The notes: generated by a model from the letters alone, not told the origin. 64,000 bases of DNA from Patescibacteria group bacterium (GCA_004297735.1 SCTI01000002.1:160-64159), one strand, 5' to 3'. Counted from the first letter of the stretch, positions 28,630-39,413 are shown. A program made the numbers and translations.

Positions 28630-30681
28630 TTATTTAACGCAGCCGCCAGGCCGCTTAAAGCACCACGCTAGCGTTTCGCGAGTGGCCGGAGCAGCATATT
28701 GAGCGCCTTCACCCGAGTTTTCAACCAAGATAACTGTGACGATTTGCGGATCATCATACGGGGCGAAAGCGGTGAACCAGGCATGTGGCTTGCGCTTACC
28801 ATTGGGATCGGTCTCGGCGGTACCGGTTTTACCGGCAACCGGTACCGGTACCTCTCGCTCCATCTGGCAGCAGGCGGTACCGTAGGATTCAGATACCACC
28901 TTGCGCATGGCTTGGCGAATGAGCTGAATATTGGCCGGGCTAATAAAGTTTTGGCGGACAACTTCGGTGCTGCTAGCGCGGATGGTGCGACCACCGGCAT
29001 CTTGGACCTCTTTTAAAATATGCGGCTTCAACACATTGCCGCCGTTAGCCACCGCCGCCGTAGCCACCGCCATTTGCAAGGGTGAGGCGCGGAGGTCACC
29101 CTGCCCAACCGAAATGTTGTAGGTGTCTCCCAGGTACCACCCCTCACCACTAGCCTTCTTTTTACTGGCCGGAGTTGGTACTAGGCCGGCGGTTTCACCC
29201 GGCAGGTCAACTCCGGTCTTAGCCCCTAGGCCAAACTTGTTATAGTAAGCCGTCAACCGATCAACCCCTAAGCCGGCAATATTACCAAAACCACCACCAA
29301 CGGTATAAAAGAAGACGTTTGAGCTAACCGCAATCGCTCGTGAAATGTTAACCACTCCCAAGCCACCCTCTTCGTACGAACGAAAGGTGTACTTGGTGTT
29401 GGGGTCATACCGGTTAGGCACCTCCAGCGAACCGGTATCGTTCACGGTGGTAGATGGAGAAATAACTCCTTCTTGCAAGCCGGCTGAGCCGATTAACGGC
29501 TTGATGATCGAGCCAACCGGGTAGGCTCCGCCCATCGCCTTGTTAAACAGCGGTTGCGCCGAGTCATTAAGCAGCCGGCTGTAATCACTCTGACCAATAC
29601 CCTTAGCAAACAGGTTGTTGTCGTAGCTAGGCAGGTTGACCGCCGCCAATATCTCGCCGGTTTTTGGGTTGAGCGCAATCCCGCTAGCACGCGGACTGCC
29701 GCTAGCCTGCATCTGCTTTTTTATCGCTTCGGTCATCTGCTGTTGTAGCTCGGTGTCGATGGTTAGAACTAGGTTAGAGCCAGGCACCGACGGCTGCGAA
29801 CTAAGCAGCTTGATTGGCCGACCCGACGCGTCGACCTCGGTCTGCTCGCGTCCGTTTTGGCCGCGTAGCTCCTTTTCGTACTGCAGCTCCACCCCTAGTT
29901 TACCGGCATAATCGGTTGGGGCGTAATCGGGGTTGCGAATTAAGTCCTGTTCGCTAACTCTACCGGTATAGCCCAATATCGCCGAGAGCAAGGTTTGGTC
30001 GCGGTAGTCTCGGATCGGGTTTACATCTAAACTAAATCCCGGTGTGGTGGCCGACAGCTGATCAAAGTCGAGGGCGGTCTCGCGCGGCACATTATCGGCA
30101 ACCAGTCGCGGCTGTGTGGCCGCCAAACAGTCAAATTCGGCCCTAAACTGTGGCGTACCAGCTTTAAGCGCTTGATCTATACAGGAGCGTTCAACGCGTT
30201 GCTCAATCTCTTGCCCACTTACCCCCAGAGAAGCGCCAACGGTAGCGTAAATCTGACGACGGTGATTGATGTCACGCGGCAGCAAGCTGGGTATTACCGT
30301 AACATCAAAGCTAGCCAGGTTCTGGGCCAAGGTCACCTTGTTGCGATCGTAAATAACCCCTCTTGGCGCCCTAGTTACCTTTTGGCGCAGGCGGTTTCCG
30401 TCGGCGAGCCCAAGATTACGGTCGCCATCAATAATCTGCAAGCGAAACATTTGAATCGCTAGTACCGCCATCACCAAAAAAACCGCCCCCACAATAATAA
30501 TCAAGCGGCGTCGGCTGGTAGGAGTTTCGATCACTCCCGCCTCGGCGTCGGCTGGCAGAATGGCCTCAATCCATCTTTCGTTACCACCCTGATCACGCTT
30601 AATCACTGGATCGCCCTTATGGGGTGACTGCTCGCCACCAAAACCGAATATAGGCTCTTTGGCTTTACGGCTCACAGCCAA
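28630..30681 (-). CDS. mrdA: peptidoglycan D,D-transpeptidase PBP2
   Basis: 683 aa; N-terminal TM, dimerisation domain, SxxK/SxN/KTG transpeptidase motifs; downstream of mreBCD. Confidence 0.85.
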   Translation of the reverse strand: MAVSRKAKEPIFGFGGEQSPHKGDPVIKRDQGGNERWIEAILPADAEAGVIETPTSRRRLIIIVGAVFLVMAVLAIQMFRLQIIDGDRNLGLADGNRLRQKVTRAPRGVIYDRNKVTLAQNLASFDVTVIPSLLPRDINHRRQIYATVGASLGVSGQEIEQRVERSCIDQALKAGTPQFRAEFDCLAATQPRLVADNVPRETALDFDQLSATTPGFSLDVNPIRDYRDQTLLSAILGYTGRVSEQDLIRNPDYAPTDYAGKLGVELQYEKELRGQNGREQTEVDASGRPIKLLSSQPSVPGSNLVLTIDTELQQQMTEAIKKQMQASGSPRASGIALNPKTGEILAAVNLPSYDNNLFAKGIGQSDYSRLLNDSAQPLFNKAMGGAYPVGSIIKPLIGSAGLQEGVISPSTTVNDTGSLEVPNRYDPNTKYTFRSYEEGGLGVVNISRAIAVSSNVFFYTVGGGFGNIAGLGVDRLTAYYNKFGLGAKTGVDLPGETAGLVPTPASKKKASGEGWYLGDTYNISVGQGDLRASPLQMAVATAAVANGGNVLKPHILKEVQDAGGRTIRASSTEVVRQNFISPANIQLIRQAMRKVVSESYGTACCQMEREVPVPVAGKTGTAETDPNGKRKPHAWFTAFAPYDDPQIVTVILVENSGEGAQYAAPATRETLAWCFKRPGGCVK

Positions 30682-31193
30682 GATCCTCGACGAAGCTCGC
30701 TGGTAATCCGCGCGCGCCGGTCGCGAGTAAGTTCGCGCACCGCAAACAAAACTCCGACCACAATCACATTAAAAATCGCTTCGATTCCGGTTCGCTGAAC
30801 CACTACCGCCCAGTCGATGCCGGCGGTAGAACCAACCACTCCCAGTACAATAAATAGATTGGCGACTATTGTACTAATCACCACCACCGCGGCCGCTAAC
30901 GAAAACGACTCGGCGTACAAACCAAACTGACGGGCCGAGATTATAGCGAGCGTTACCACCGTAAAGAAAGCTGTACGCAAGCCAAAATCACTGCCGCTGG
31001 CTAAATCAAGCAGTAAGCCACATAGCACGGCGCTAGCTACCGCCGTAGTGGCCCTAGCCCACAGTGCCGTCACCACCACCACCGCCAGCACCACATTAGG
31101 CATAACTCCCAGCGGTCGAACATGGCTAAACCAAGATAGCTGCAACCAGACCGCCGCCAAAAGTGCTCCAACCTGCATAACAATTGCTAGCAT
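30672..31193 (-). CDS. mreD: rod shape-determining protein MreD
   Basis: 173 aa polytopic membrane protein in mreBCD context. Confidence 0.6.
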   Translation of the reverse strand: MLAIVMQVGALLAAVWLQLSWFSHVRPLGVMPNVVLAVVVVTALWARATTAVASAVLCGLLLDLASGSDFGLRTAFFTVVTLAIISARQFGLYAESFSLAAAVVVISTIVANLFIVLGVVGSTAGIDWAVVVQRTGIEAIFNVIVVGVLFAVRELTRDRRARITSELRRGSWL

Positions 31194-31212
31194 ATCTTAC
31201 CTCCGCTCCAAG

Positions 31213-32019
31213 TTACGGCTGCGAAACCACATAAACCACCTCTAAGCGATTAAAGGCCACTCCCGAGGTTACCTGAGCCACCTGGAACACCCCGTTGTCG
31301 CGGCGTTCAACCGTCTGCACCTTGCCAATAATCAAGCCCTTAGGTATCTCGCTGCCGGTACCGGCGGTCACCACCGTATCGCCAGGCGAAACCGTTTCGG
31401 TTTGAGCAATCTTGTCCATAACCAAACCGCCACCAATCTGGCCGTAAATGGTACCGGTTGGTCGATTTGGCGCGTCCTGGTCGAGGGCGGTCACTCGAAA
31501 AGTCGGGTCAATCACCAAAAAGACCTTGGCGGTGGTAGGCGTAACTTCTTGCACCGTACCAACCAGGGCTCCCTGACTAATCACCGCCATCCCCGACCTT
31601 ACCCCATCGGTGCTGCCGCGTCCGATAGTAATAAACTGGCGAAAATTATCCGGTTGATACCCTATCACTTCGGCCCCAATTAGCTTGTCGGGTCGAACGC
31701 CACCCAGATTAAGCTGCTTGCGTAGCTCGTCGTTTTGCGCCGCAACCTCAACCTCTTGGCTCAACCGCTGCTTTAAATCGGCCACCTCACTACGAAGCTG
31801 CTGGTTTTCCTTAGCCAAGCCTCCAATCGAGGTTGCGGCGGTTAGCCAGCCGGAGGTTGACGCGCTCATCTTGCTCAAAATGCCGGCAAATGGAGCGCCA
31901 ATGGTTGCCACGCCGCTCTGAACCGGACGCAACAGACCGGCCGAACCAAGCGCTACCAGCAACAAGCCAATTGCCATCAGGCCTAAAATCTTTCGCTGTA
32001 CGCTACGCCCTCGCTTCAT
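31213..32019 (-). CDS. mreC: rod shape-determining protein MreC
   Basis: 268 aa; N-terminal TM, coiled-coil, beta-rich C-terminal domain. Confidence 0.8.
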   Translation of the reverse strand: MKRGRSVQRKILGLMAIGLLLVALGSAGLLRPVQSGVATIGAPFAGILSKMSASTSGWLTAATSIGGLAKENQQLRSEVADLKQRLSQEVEVAAQNDELRKQLNLGGVRPDKLIGAEVIGYQPDNFRQFITIGRGSTDGVRSGMAVISQGALVGTVQEVTPTTAKVFLVIDPTFRVTALDQDAPNRPTGTIYGQIGGGLVMDKIAQTETVSPGDTVVTAGTGSEIPKGLIIGKVQTVERRDNGVFQVAQVTSGVAFNRLEVVYVVSQP

Positions 32020-32031
32020 ATCATTCCCGCC

Positions 32032-33072
32032 CTACTTAAACTGGGTTGGCACCAAGATATCCTTGAGCGTATCGATATCCTCTAGCACCAGACCGGTCCC
32101 CCGCGCCACCGCCGTTAGCGGGTCATCGGCCACGTGTACCGGCATCTTAGTTTGCTGCATCAGTAGAGCATCCAGGCCTTTAAGTAAGGCGCCGCCGCCC
32201 GCCAAAACAATGCCACGCTCCAAAATGTCCGCCACCAGCTCTGGCGGAGTCTCCTCGATCGTGATCTTAACCGCCTCAACAATCTCGCGAACACTCTTAG
32301 CTAGCGCCTTCCGAATCTGCTCATTGGTTACCTGAACCTCTTTTGGCAAACCGGTCACCAAATCACGCCCCCGCATCGGCATCGACTTAGGCTTGTCTAG
32401 CTGGTGAGCCGCTCCGACCGTTACCTTAATCTGCTCAGCGGTCCGCTCACCAATAGTCAGGTTGAACTCATCGCGAGCAAACTGGATAATGTCTTCGCTT
32501 AGTTCGTCACCGGCAACCCGGATACTGCGGCTGGCCACAATCCCACCCAGCGAAATCACCGCGACCTCGGTGGTACCACCGCCAATATCGACAATCATTG
32601 AACCGGCTGGATCCTGAATTGGCAGTCGACAGCCGATCGCCGCGGCCATTGGCTCTTCGATGAGGAAGGTCTGGCGGGCGCCGGCGTTGGTGGCGGCGTC
32701 TTCCACCGCGCGCTTTTCCACCTCGGTTACGCCGCTGGGGATGCCAACCACCACCCTTGGTCTGGCCAGCAAGTTCCAGCGCTGGGGATGCACCTTGTCG
32801 ATAAAGTAGCGCAACATCTGCTCGGTAACCTCAAAGTCGCTGACAACACCGTCTACTAGTGGTCGGGTCGCCACAATACTGCTGGGAGTACGCCCAACCA
32901 TCTTTTTAGCCTCGTCACCAATGGCTAATACCTGGTTGGTTTTGGTGTTAATTGCCACCACGCTTGGTTCGTTGATCACAATCCCACGGCCGCGCACATA
33001 CACCAGGGTGTTAGCGGTCCCTAGATCGATCCCAATATCGTGCGAAAATCTTCCGAGTAGTCGGTCAAACAA
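32032..33072 (-). CDS. mreB: rod shape-determining actin homologue MreB
   Basis: 346 aa; actin-fold phosphate motifs (DLGTANT, DIGGGTTEVA); TTG start. Confidence 0.95.
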   Translation of the reverse strand: MFDRLLGRFSHDIGIDLGTANTLVYVRGRGIVINEPSVVAINTKTNQVLAIGDEAKKMVGRTPSSIVATRPLVDGVVSDFEVTEQMLRYFIDKVHPQRWNLLARPRVVVGIPSGVTEVEKRAVEDAATNAGARQTFLIEEPMAAAIGCRLPIQDPAGSMIVDIGGGTTEVAVISLGGIVASRSIRVAGDELSEDIIQFARDEFNLTIGERTAEQIKVTVGAAHQLDKPKSMPMRGRDLVTGLPKEVQVTNEQIRKALAKSVREIVEAVKITIEETPPELVADILERGIVLAGGGALLKGLDALLMQQTKMPVHVADDPLTAVARGTGLVLEDIDTLKDILVPTQFK

Positions 33073-33256
33073 TGTCTATACCAGCGTTACCATCTTGAGT
33101 TAGTTTAACAGGTTTGAGGGGTTTGAGGCTAGGGGTGACTTAGGGCGGCTTCACCTCCATGTGCTGTTTTGTAAAATGGGCTGTTTAAAGATTTTTAAAC
33201 GAGAGCAGCCGCGCGCTACCTGAGAATATTCCTTTAAAAAGTAAATTTTGGCCCTC

Positions 33257-33297
33257 ACACCTGTTAAAAGATCCTTAAACAGGTGTTTTGCTATAAT
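33257..33297 (+). promoter_or_regulatory. extended -10 promoter overlapped by a 9-bp-arm palindromic operator
   Basis: ACACCTGTT-N12-AACAGGTGT (33257-33286) then TGcTATAAT (33289-33297). Confidence 0.5.
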
Positions 33298-33339
33298 TAG
33301 AGCTAAGAGCTCTTCACATCTGACCGAAAGAAGTCGCAC

Positions 33340-33510
33340 ATGGCCATTAAACACGACTGCACTTACGAGGAGTTCGAACCCCCCGAAATTCGTCGCGTCC
33401 GCGAGCGCCTCCAGGAGCAGCTGGCCAGACAAGGCATCGCCCTCCGAGGTCGACCTCCTGTCTGGGTTGTCGGCGCCAGCATCAAGCCTGTTTCAACCAG
33501 AACCAAGTAG
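33340..33510 (+). CDS. hypothetical 56-aa protein
   Basis: ATG 43 nt after the -10; MAIKHDCTYEEFEPPEIRRVRERLQEQLARQGIALRGRPPVWVVGASIKPVSTRTK; followed by a strong terminator; below the ORF-track size cutoff. Confidence 0.35.
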   Translation: MAIKHDCTYEEFEPPEIRRVRERLQEQLARQGIALRGRPPVWVVGASIKPVSTRTK

Positions 33511-33516
33511 CTCAAC

Positions 33517-33558
33517 GGGCCCGGGTGGAATGTTCCTACCCGGGCCGCAGTGTTTTTT
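33517..33558 (+). terminator. rho-independent terminator
   Basis: GGCCCGGG-N12-CCCGGGCC then TGTTTTTTA. Confidence 0.65.
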
Positions 33559-33575
33559 ATTGAGTAATAATTAGA

Positions 33576-34823
33576 TTATTTGAAAAGTTTGAGAGCTTCG
33601 GCGTGCGAGACAAGCTTTGACTCCGCTTCGTTACGACGTTTTACTTCGACACTGTTTTCTTTGAGCGTCTTAGGGCTAACCGTTAATCGGACCGGCATAC
33701 CCATCAGGTCGGCGTCGGCGAACTTGGCGCCAGCTGGAATGTCACGGTCGTCGTAAATTGTTTCAATACCCTGCGCTTTAAGGTCAGCGTAGAGCTTGTC
33801 GGCGGCCTTGACGACGTCTTCATCCTCACCGATTCGAACAATGTGAGCCTTTGCCGGCGCAATCTCTTCTGGCCAAATCATGCCTTTATCGTCGTGGAAC
33901 AGCTCAATCAGTACGCCCATAACGCGCGCCGGGCCAATACCGTAAGAACCCATGATGACCGGCTTAACCGAGCCATCCTCATCGGTAAACTTGAGACCGA
34001 GTGGGTCGGAGAACTTGGTACCGAGCGTAAAAATGTTACCAACCTCGGAGGCGTTAACCTTTTCGAGCTTGTTTTTATCGAGGCCAAGATCGTTAAGGAC
34101 CTCATCGGTGTAAACCTCTTCGTTGACGGCCAGCTTCTTGTCGCGATCTAGGTAAATAACATCCTCTCCGGCCTCAATTATGGCCTGGAACTCATGCGAG
34201 TACTTGCTAAAACTGCCGCCGCTGGCAAAAGTAATAAAGGTGTGGTCACCGATTCCAAGGCGCTGAAATACTTTGGTGTAAACCTCTTTCATTTTTTCGT
34301 AATACTCATCATGCTGCTTTTGGTCGCGGCTAAAGGAATAGAGGTCCTTCATAATAAACTCGCGCGTACGCATGATGCCGCTCTTGGCCCTAACCTCATT
34401 GCGGAACTTGGCCTGGAACTGGTAAACATACTGCGGCAGATCACGGTAGCTGCTAATGTTTTCAGCCATTAGCTCGGTTAGCGGCTCTTCGTGAGTAAAA
34501 CCAAGACCCAGCTCGGTGTCGTTGTGCAACTTGGTGCGGAACCAAACGTCGACCTGCTTATCGTCCCAACGGTTGGTTTTTTGCCACAGTTCGGGCGGCT
34601 GCAGCGCGGTCATGGTTAGTTCCTGGCCGCCGGCTGCATTCATCTCTTCGCGGATGATGCCAATAATGCTGTTGAGCGTCTTGAGGCCCAGCGGCAGCAT
34701 AACGTAAGCACCGGCCATCTGCTTATGAACAAAGCCCGCTCGCAGCAGTAGCTGAGCGCTAATTGCCTCCTCATCCCTGGGAGCTTCACGTCTAGTCTTG
34801 GTAAAAAGTTGAGATAGTTTCAT
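33576..34823 (-). CDS. proS: proline--tRNA ligase (short form lacking the INS editing domain)
   Basis: 415 aa, class II motifs, ProRS-like anticodon-binding C-terminus. Confidence 0.85.
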   Translation of the reverse strand: MKLSQLFTKTRREAPRDEEAISAQLLLRAGFVHKQMAGAYVMLPLGLKTLNSIIGIIREEMNAAGGQELTMTALQPPELWQKTNRWDDKQVDVWFRTKLHNDTELGLGFTHEEPLTELMAENISSYRDLPQYVYQFQAKFRNEVRAKSGIMRTREFIMKDLYSFSRDQKQHDEYYEKMKEVYTKVFQRLGIGDHTFITFASGGSFSKYSHEFQAIIEAGEDVIYLDRDKKLAVNEEVYTDEVLNDLGLDKNKLEKVNASEVGNIFTLGTKFSDPLGLKFTDEDGSVKPVIMGSYGIGPARVMGVLIELFHDDKGMIWPEEIAPAKAHIVRIGEDEDVVKAADKLYADLKAQGIETIYDDRDIPAGAKFADADLMGMPVRLTVSPKTLKENSVEVKRRNEAESKLVSHAEALKLFK

Positions 34824-34825
34824 GT

Positions 34826-35581
34826 TTAGCTTTGGCTGATTGCAATAAAAGCAATGTAGTTATTAAAGGCGTGCAGTGCGATTCCTGGGATGATCGACCC
34901 AAGCCGTACGTACAAGAAACATAGTACCAGACCAATCACGAAGGTGTATACAATCACATTGGGCTGAACGTGAGCCAAGCCAAACAAAAAGCTCGATATG
35001 GCCGCCCCGGCGATTAAGCCAAATCGCTTTGATAGGGCTGGAAAGACAAAGCCACGAAACACCGTTTCTTCGACAAAAGCCGGTAGAACAACCAAGACCA
35101 CCGGCAGCCACCCTCTCAAGCTGGTTGCCAAGCCATCAAAATCGTTGGTCTGCGGCTCATCTGGATTAAAACCGGGAACCAGCAGTTGCACAACGACGTA
35201 CAGTATTTGCACCACTAAAATAAAGGCGATGAATAATCCGCCAATATACAGCAGCGCCTTCCACCAGCTAAACCCGCGAAAGCCAAGGTCGCGCCAGTTT
35301 GCACCGGTTCGATGTAAAAGGTAACCAATAATCGCTAACGACCCAATGGCATCAACGATAGCAAAGATTAAGTTCGCCTCCGGCTTATTGGAGTTAATTA
35401 GCTCATTAAATGGCTGGAAAACAGGGAACAACCCGGCTGCAACGGCGAACCATACATAAAAAGCAAATGGCAGAACCACCCAAGCGCCAGCAAACAAAGC
35501 CAAGGCATGTCGGGCGCTCCATGGCACCGAGCGTAAACGCTGAGCGGTGCTAGTACTAGTTGAGGCGCTGGATGTCGACAA
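34826..35581 (-). CDS. CPBP family intramembrane glutamic endopeptidase (CAAX protease-like)
   Basis: 251 aa; EExxxR (EETVFRG), FxxxH, HxxxN (HAFNN) motifs, polytopic. Confidence 0.7.
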   Translation of the reverse strand: MSTSSASTSTSTAQRLRSVPWSARHALALFAGAWVVLPFAFYVWFAVAAGLFPVFQPFNELINSNKPEANLIFAIVDAIGSLAIIGYLLHRTGANWRDLGFRGFSWWKALLYIGGLFIAFILVVQILYVVVQLLVPGFNPDEPQTNDFDGLATSLRGWLPVVLVVLPAFVEETVFRGFVFPALSKRFGLIAGAAISSFLFGLAHVQPNVIVYTFVIGLVLCFLYVRLGSIIPGIALHAFNNYIAFIAISQS

Positions 35582-36635
35582 AGGTCACCACGACCATTAA
35601 GGCGATTAAAGCGGCAAAACCAATGGTATGTACGGTAGCCTCAAAGCGTTCCGACAGCCGTCGGCGGGTAAGCTTTTGGGCAGCGATTAAGGTCCAGCGC
35701 CCACCGTCTAGGGCGGGCAGCGGTAGAGAGTTTAGCACCGCTAACGATACCGAGATTGAGGCGACAAACAACAGTACGTACGACACTCCAAAGTAAGCCA
35801 TGTTGGCCAAAATCGACACAATTCCAACCGGACCGGCTACCTGCTGACTCACCTGCCCCTGCGTTAGCAAGCCGGCTACCAAACCACCAAAAGCCGCCAG
35901 TGTAGCCCACACCATCTGGGCGGTCAAACCGGCCGCGGTGATTACCGCGTCTACCGGACGATACTGTAGCTTGTAGGTTTGAATTGGTGTGACTCCAAGT
36001 TGGCCCTGTTTTTCGTCAGCGCCACGCAAAGTAGTTGTAATGGTGCGAGTGCCCTGGTCACCTGCAACCTCAAAGCTAACCGTTTGGCCGGCCTGAGCCT
36101 TGGTGAAATCAAGCAACTGCTGCTCCGATTCCAGGGGCTGGCCGTTGGCGCTTAACACCACCTCTCCCCGCTCAATTCCCGCCTTAGCGGCCGGTGAATC
36201 TTTGGCGACCGATACCACCATTACCTGTTTGGGCTGATCGTAGGTTGGTTGGCCAAAGCTAAACTGATTGGCCAGTACCGGTGGCAGCCCACTAATACAT
36301 AGTCCGAGCAAGATGATGTAAGCGGCAACCAAGTTCATGGTGACTCCGGCAAACAAAATCTTGGTCTTTGACCAAAAACTGGCCGCGTTAAAACTGCCAG
36401 CCCCTTGGTCTGCCGTATCCTCACCCTTGAGTTTGACAAATCCGCCCAACGGCAACCAGTTGATTGAATAAACCGTCCGGCCGACTTTTTTGCCAATAGC
36501 GCGGGGCGGGAAACCAAAACCAAACTCCTCTACCTCAACCCCGCTACGCCTGGCCGCCACAAAATGACCCAGCTCGTGCACAAACACCAGTAGTCCAAAA
36601 ATTGCAATTACTAACAGAATAATAAGCAAGCTCAT
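35556..36635 (-). CDS. rseP: RIP zinc metalloprotease RseP (site-2 protease)
   Basis: 359 aa; HExxH (HELGHF), PDZ domain, LDG motif. Confidence 0.8.
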   Translation of the reverse strand: MSLLIILLVIAIFGLLVFVHELGHFVAARRSGVEVEEFGFGFPPRAIGKKVGRTVYSINWLPLGGFVKLKGEDTADQGAGSFNAASFWSKTKILFAGVTMNLVAAYIILLGLCISGLPPVLANQFSFGQPTYDQPKQVMVVSVAKDSPAAKAGIERGEVVLSANGQPLESEQQLLDFTKAQAGQTVSFEVAGDQGTRTITTTLRGADEKQGQLGVTPIQTYKLQYRPVDAVITAAGLTAQMVWATLAAFGGLVAGLLTQGQVSQQVAGPVGIVSILANMAYFGVSYVLLFVASISVSLAVLNSLPLPALDGGRWTLIAAQKLTRRRLSERFEATVHTIGFAALIALMVVVTFVDIQRLN

Positions 36636-36669
36636 CTCCTTCTATTGTAGCTAACTTGACGCCCTAGGG

Positions 36670-37362
36670 CTATACGCCAAAGTTACGTTTACGTTTGGCG
36701 TACTCGGTTAAGGCCGCGTCAAACTCAGCCTCATTAAAGTCGGGCCACATTACATCGCTAAAGTACAGCTCGCTGTAGGCCGACTCCCAAATTAGGTAGT
36801 TGCTTAAGCGCTGCTCTCCCGATGTCCGGATAATTAAATCTGGGTCGGGAATACCGGCAGTTGATAAGTGCTCCCCAAAGCTAGATTCGTCAACCGACTT
36901 TACCCCGCTGGCCAGCAGCTTGTTGACCGCCTCTACAATATCGCGGCGCCCACCGTAGTTAAAACAAATATTAATGGTGCCGCCGCTGTTGTGGCGAGTA
37001 AGTTTTTGCAACTTGTCAAAGCCCTCCAGCAGACCTTCATCAACCCCTTCGCTGGAGCCAATAATATTAATGCGGATGCCTTTATCGTGCAGGCGTTTGC
37101 CCTCTTCTTTTAGGACCCAACCCACCAATTTCATCAAATAACCAACCTCTTCTTCGGTGCGAGACCAGTTTTCGGTCGAAAAAACGTAGCCGGTCACGTA
37201 CTTCACCCCTCGGTCAAAGGCCAAGTCGGCAATTTTGAGCAGGTTTTGGTAACCAGCCTTATGGCCCTCTTTGGTTTCGAGCCCTTTAGCCTTGGCCCAG
37301 CGGCGATTGCCATCTGGAATTACAGCGACATGAGTGGGTGTGGTAGGACTGGTTTGCGACAT
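36670..37362 (-). CDS. uppS: isoprenyl transferase (undecaprenyl diphosphate synthase)
   Basis: 230 aa; VAVIPDGNRRWA, ENWSR motifs. Confidence 0.9.
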   Translation of the reverse strand: MSQTSPTTPTHVAVIPDGNRRWAKAKGLETKEGHKAGYQNLLKIADLAFDRGVKYVTGYVFSTENWSRTEEEVGYLMKLVGWVLKEEGKRLHDKGIRINIIGSSEGVDEGLLEGFDKLQKLTRHNSGGTINICFNYGGRRDIVEAVNKLLASGVKSVDESSFGEHLSTAGIPDPDLIIRTSGEQRLSNYLIWESAYSELYFSDVMWPDFNEAEFDAALTEYAKRKRNFGV

Positions 37363-37386
37363 GATTGGTATTATAGCGCGGACGGA

Positions 37387-37947
37387 TTAAACCGTCATGA
37401 GCTCGGCCTCTTTGGCCTTGGCAATATCGGTAATTTTTTGCTTGTACTGGTCAATCTTTTTGTTAAGTGACTGTTCGGCAAACTTCATATCATCCTGAGT
37501 CGCCTGCTTGTCCTTTTCTAGCTTTTTGACCTCATTAAGCACGTCATGGCGAATGTTGCGCAAGCTAATGTTACACTGCTCCACCTTGTTGCCAAGTTCT
37601 TTAACGATCTGGCGGCGGCGCTCCTCGGTCATTGGCGGGACATTCAAGCGCACAGCGTTACCGTCGCTAGCCGGGTTAAGACCCAAAGCCTGGTCCTCGC
37701 GAATGGTCTTTTCGATTACCGCTACCAAGTTCTTATCCCACGGGCTAATGGTGATGGTTTGTGCATCAGGTGTGGTGATGGTGGCTACGGCTTTAAGCGG
37801 CGTCTGCTGACCCCACTGCTCCACCATAATGTTTTCGACCATGCTGGTCTGGGCTCGACCGGTTCGCAAACTGTTGAGTTCATCTTTAAGATGCTCAATC
37901 GCCTTATCCATCCGCCCATCGGCGGCGCTCACCACCTGTGTCACCAT
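37387..37947 (-). CDS. frr: ribosome recycling factor
   Basis: 186 aa RRF. Confidence 0.9.
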   Translation of the reverse strand: MVTQVVSAADGRMDKAIEHLKDELNSLRTGRAQTSMVENIMVEQWGQQTPLKAVATITTPDAQTITISPWDKNLVAVIEKTIREDQALGLNPASDGNAVRLNVPPMTEERRRQIVKELGNKVEQCNISLRNIRHDVLNEVKKLEKDKQATQDDMKFAEQSLNKKIDQYKQKITDIAKAKEAELMTV

Positions 37948-37948
37948 T

Positions 37949-38539
37949 TTACAGCTCCCCGCCTAGCTCAATGCGCTTAAACTGACGAATCACAATTCGT
38001 TCACCCAGCTTAGACGACAGATCGGTCATCATTTGCTCAATGGTTTGATCGCCATCCTTAATAAATGGCTGCTTGGTTAAACAAACACTTTCGTAAAACT
38101 TAGCCAACTTACCATCAATAATCTTATCGGCAATCTCGGCTGGCTTGCCTTCAACGTCAACCGCAAACACCTCTTTTTCCTTAGCAATCTCTGCCTCTGG
38201 CACACTCTCTGGGTCCAGGTACTGGGGGTTAGCAGCGGCTATCTGTAGCGCCATATTGCGAGCAAACTCCTGAAAGTCCTCGGTGCGAGCCACAAAATCG
38301 GTCTCACAGTTGACCTCAACCAGGACACCAATCTTGCCACCGTGAACGTAACTCGCGATGGTGCCTTCTTTAGCCTCGCGGTCGCCACGCTTGGCCACCC
38401 GGGCGGCACCCTTTTTACGCATGGCGGTTACCGCGGCTTCAAAGTCACCACCGGCTTCAACCAAAGCCTTTTTGGCGTCCATCATGCCGGCGCCGGTTAG
38501 CTCTCGCAGTTTCTTAATATCGGCTACTTCTACGCTCAC
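37949..38539 (-). CDS. tsf: elongation factor Ts (short form)
   Basis: 196 aa; UBA-like N-terminus and EF-Ts core. Confidence 0.85.
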   Translation of the reverse strand: MSVEVADIKKLRELTGAGMMDAKKALVEAGGDFEAAVTAMRKKGAARVAKRGDREAKEGTIASYVHGGKIGVLVEVNCETDFVARTEDFQEFARNMALQIAAANPQYLDPESVPEAEIAKEKEVFAVDVEGKPAEIADKIIDGKLAKFYESVCLTKQPFIKDGDQTIEQMMTDLSSKLGERIVIRQFKRIELGGEL

Positions 38540-39285
38540 TTAACCTCTCCTTCTTTTTTGGTATCTTCTTTAGCATCCTCAACCGGAGCCTTTTGGGCAT
38601 GTAGTTTAGCGCCTTCAGCGACGGCGGCAGCGATTCGGCCGGTAATCAACTGAATCGACTTGATCGCATCATCGTTGGCTGCAATTGGGTAGTCGGCCAA
38701 ATCCGGGTTGGCGTTGCTGTCGGCCACACCAATCACGGTTAGACCCAAGTTACGAGCCTCGGCAATGGCAATGTGGTCACGCGTCATGTCGACCACAAAG
38801 ACCGCCTTTGGCAGCTCGTCCATCTTTTTAATACCGCCAAAAATACGCTCCAAATGGTTCTTTTCGTTGGTCAGGTCCAGGACCTCTTTCTTGTTGTACT
38901 TACCAGCAAAGTCACCCGACTCCAAGCCAGCTTCAAGCTCCTTAAGTCGCTCCACGCGACTGCGAATGGTACGGAAGTTGGTCAAAAGACCACCCAGCCA
39001 GCGCTCGGTTACATAAGGCATACCGGCAGCCTCAGCTTCCTTTTTAATAATCGCTTGGGCCTGGCGCTTGGTGCCAACAAATAGCACGCTGCCGCCGTCT
39101 TCGGCAATCTTGCAAGCGGCCTTTTCCGCCTCCTCAAGCTGCTCAGCGGTCTGAGTTAGGTCAATAACGTGAATACCGCTGCGAGCCCCAAAAATGTACG
39201 GGCGCATCTGCGGGTTCCAACGACGAGTCTGGTGGCCAAAATGAGCACCAGCTTCCAATAACTGTTTAATAGTTTGATCTGCCAT
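38536..39285 (-). CDS. rpsB: 30S ribosomal protein S2
   Basis: 249 aa. Confidence 0.9.
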   Translation of the reverse strand: MADQTIKQLLEAGAHFGHQTRRWNPQMRPYIFGARSGIHVIDLTQTAEQLEEAEKAACKIAEDGGSVLFVGTKRQAQAIIKKEAEAAGMPYVTERWLGGLLTNFRTIRSRVERLKELEAGLESGDFAGKYNKKEVLDLTNEKNHLERIFGGIKKMDELPKAVFVVDMTRDHIAIAEARNLGLTVIGVADSNANPDLADYPIAANDDAIKSIQLITGRIAAAVAEGAKLHAQKAPVEDAKEDTKKEGEVK

Positions 39286-39413
39286 AAATTGTCTCCTTAG
39301 TCTTTGCTTCAGGCGACCGCTGAGTTTTAGGTTCGGCGGAGGATTGATGCCTGAGCTGTAACGTTAATCAATGCAACTTGGTTAGAATACCAGATTTGAG
39401 AGGTTTGGGCAAG

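Noticed and set aside
33151-33432. 93-aa minus-strand ORF between mreB and proS
   Set aside because: Promoter (extended -10 with operator) and terminator are both oriented for the plus strand and bracket a 56-aa plus-strand ORF. The minus ORF lacks an RBS.
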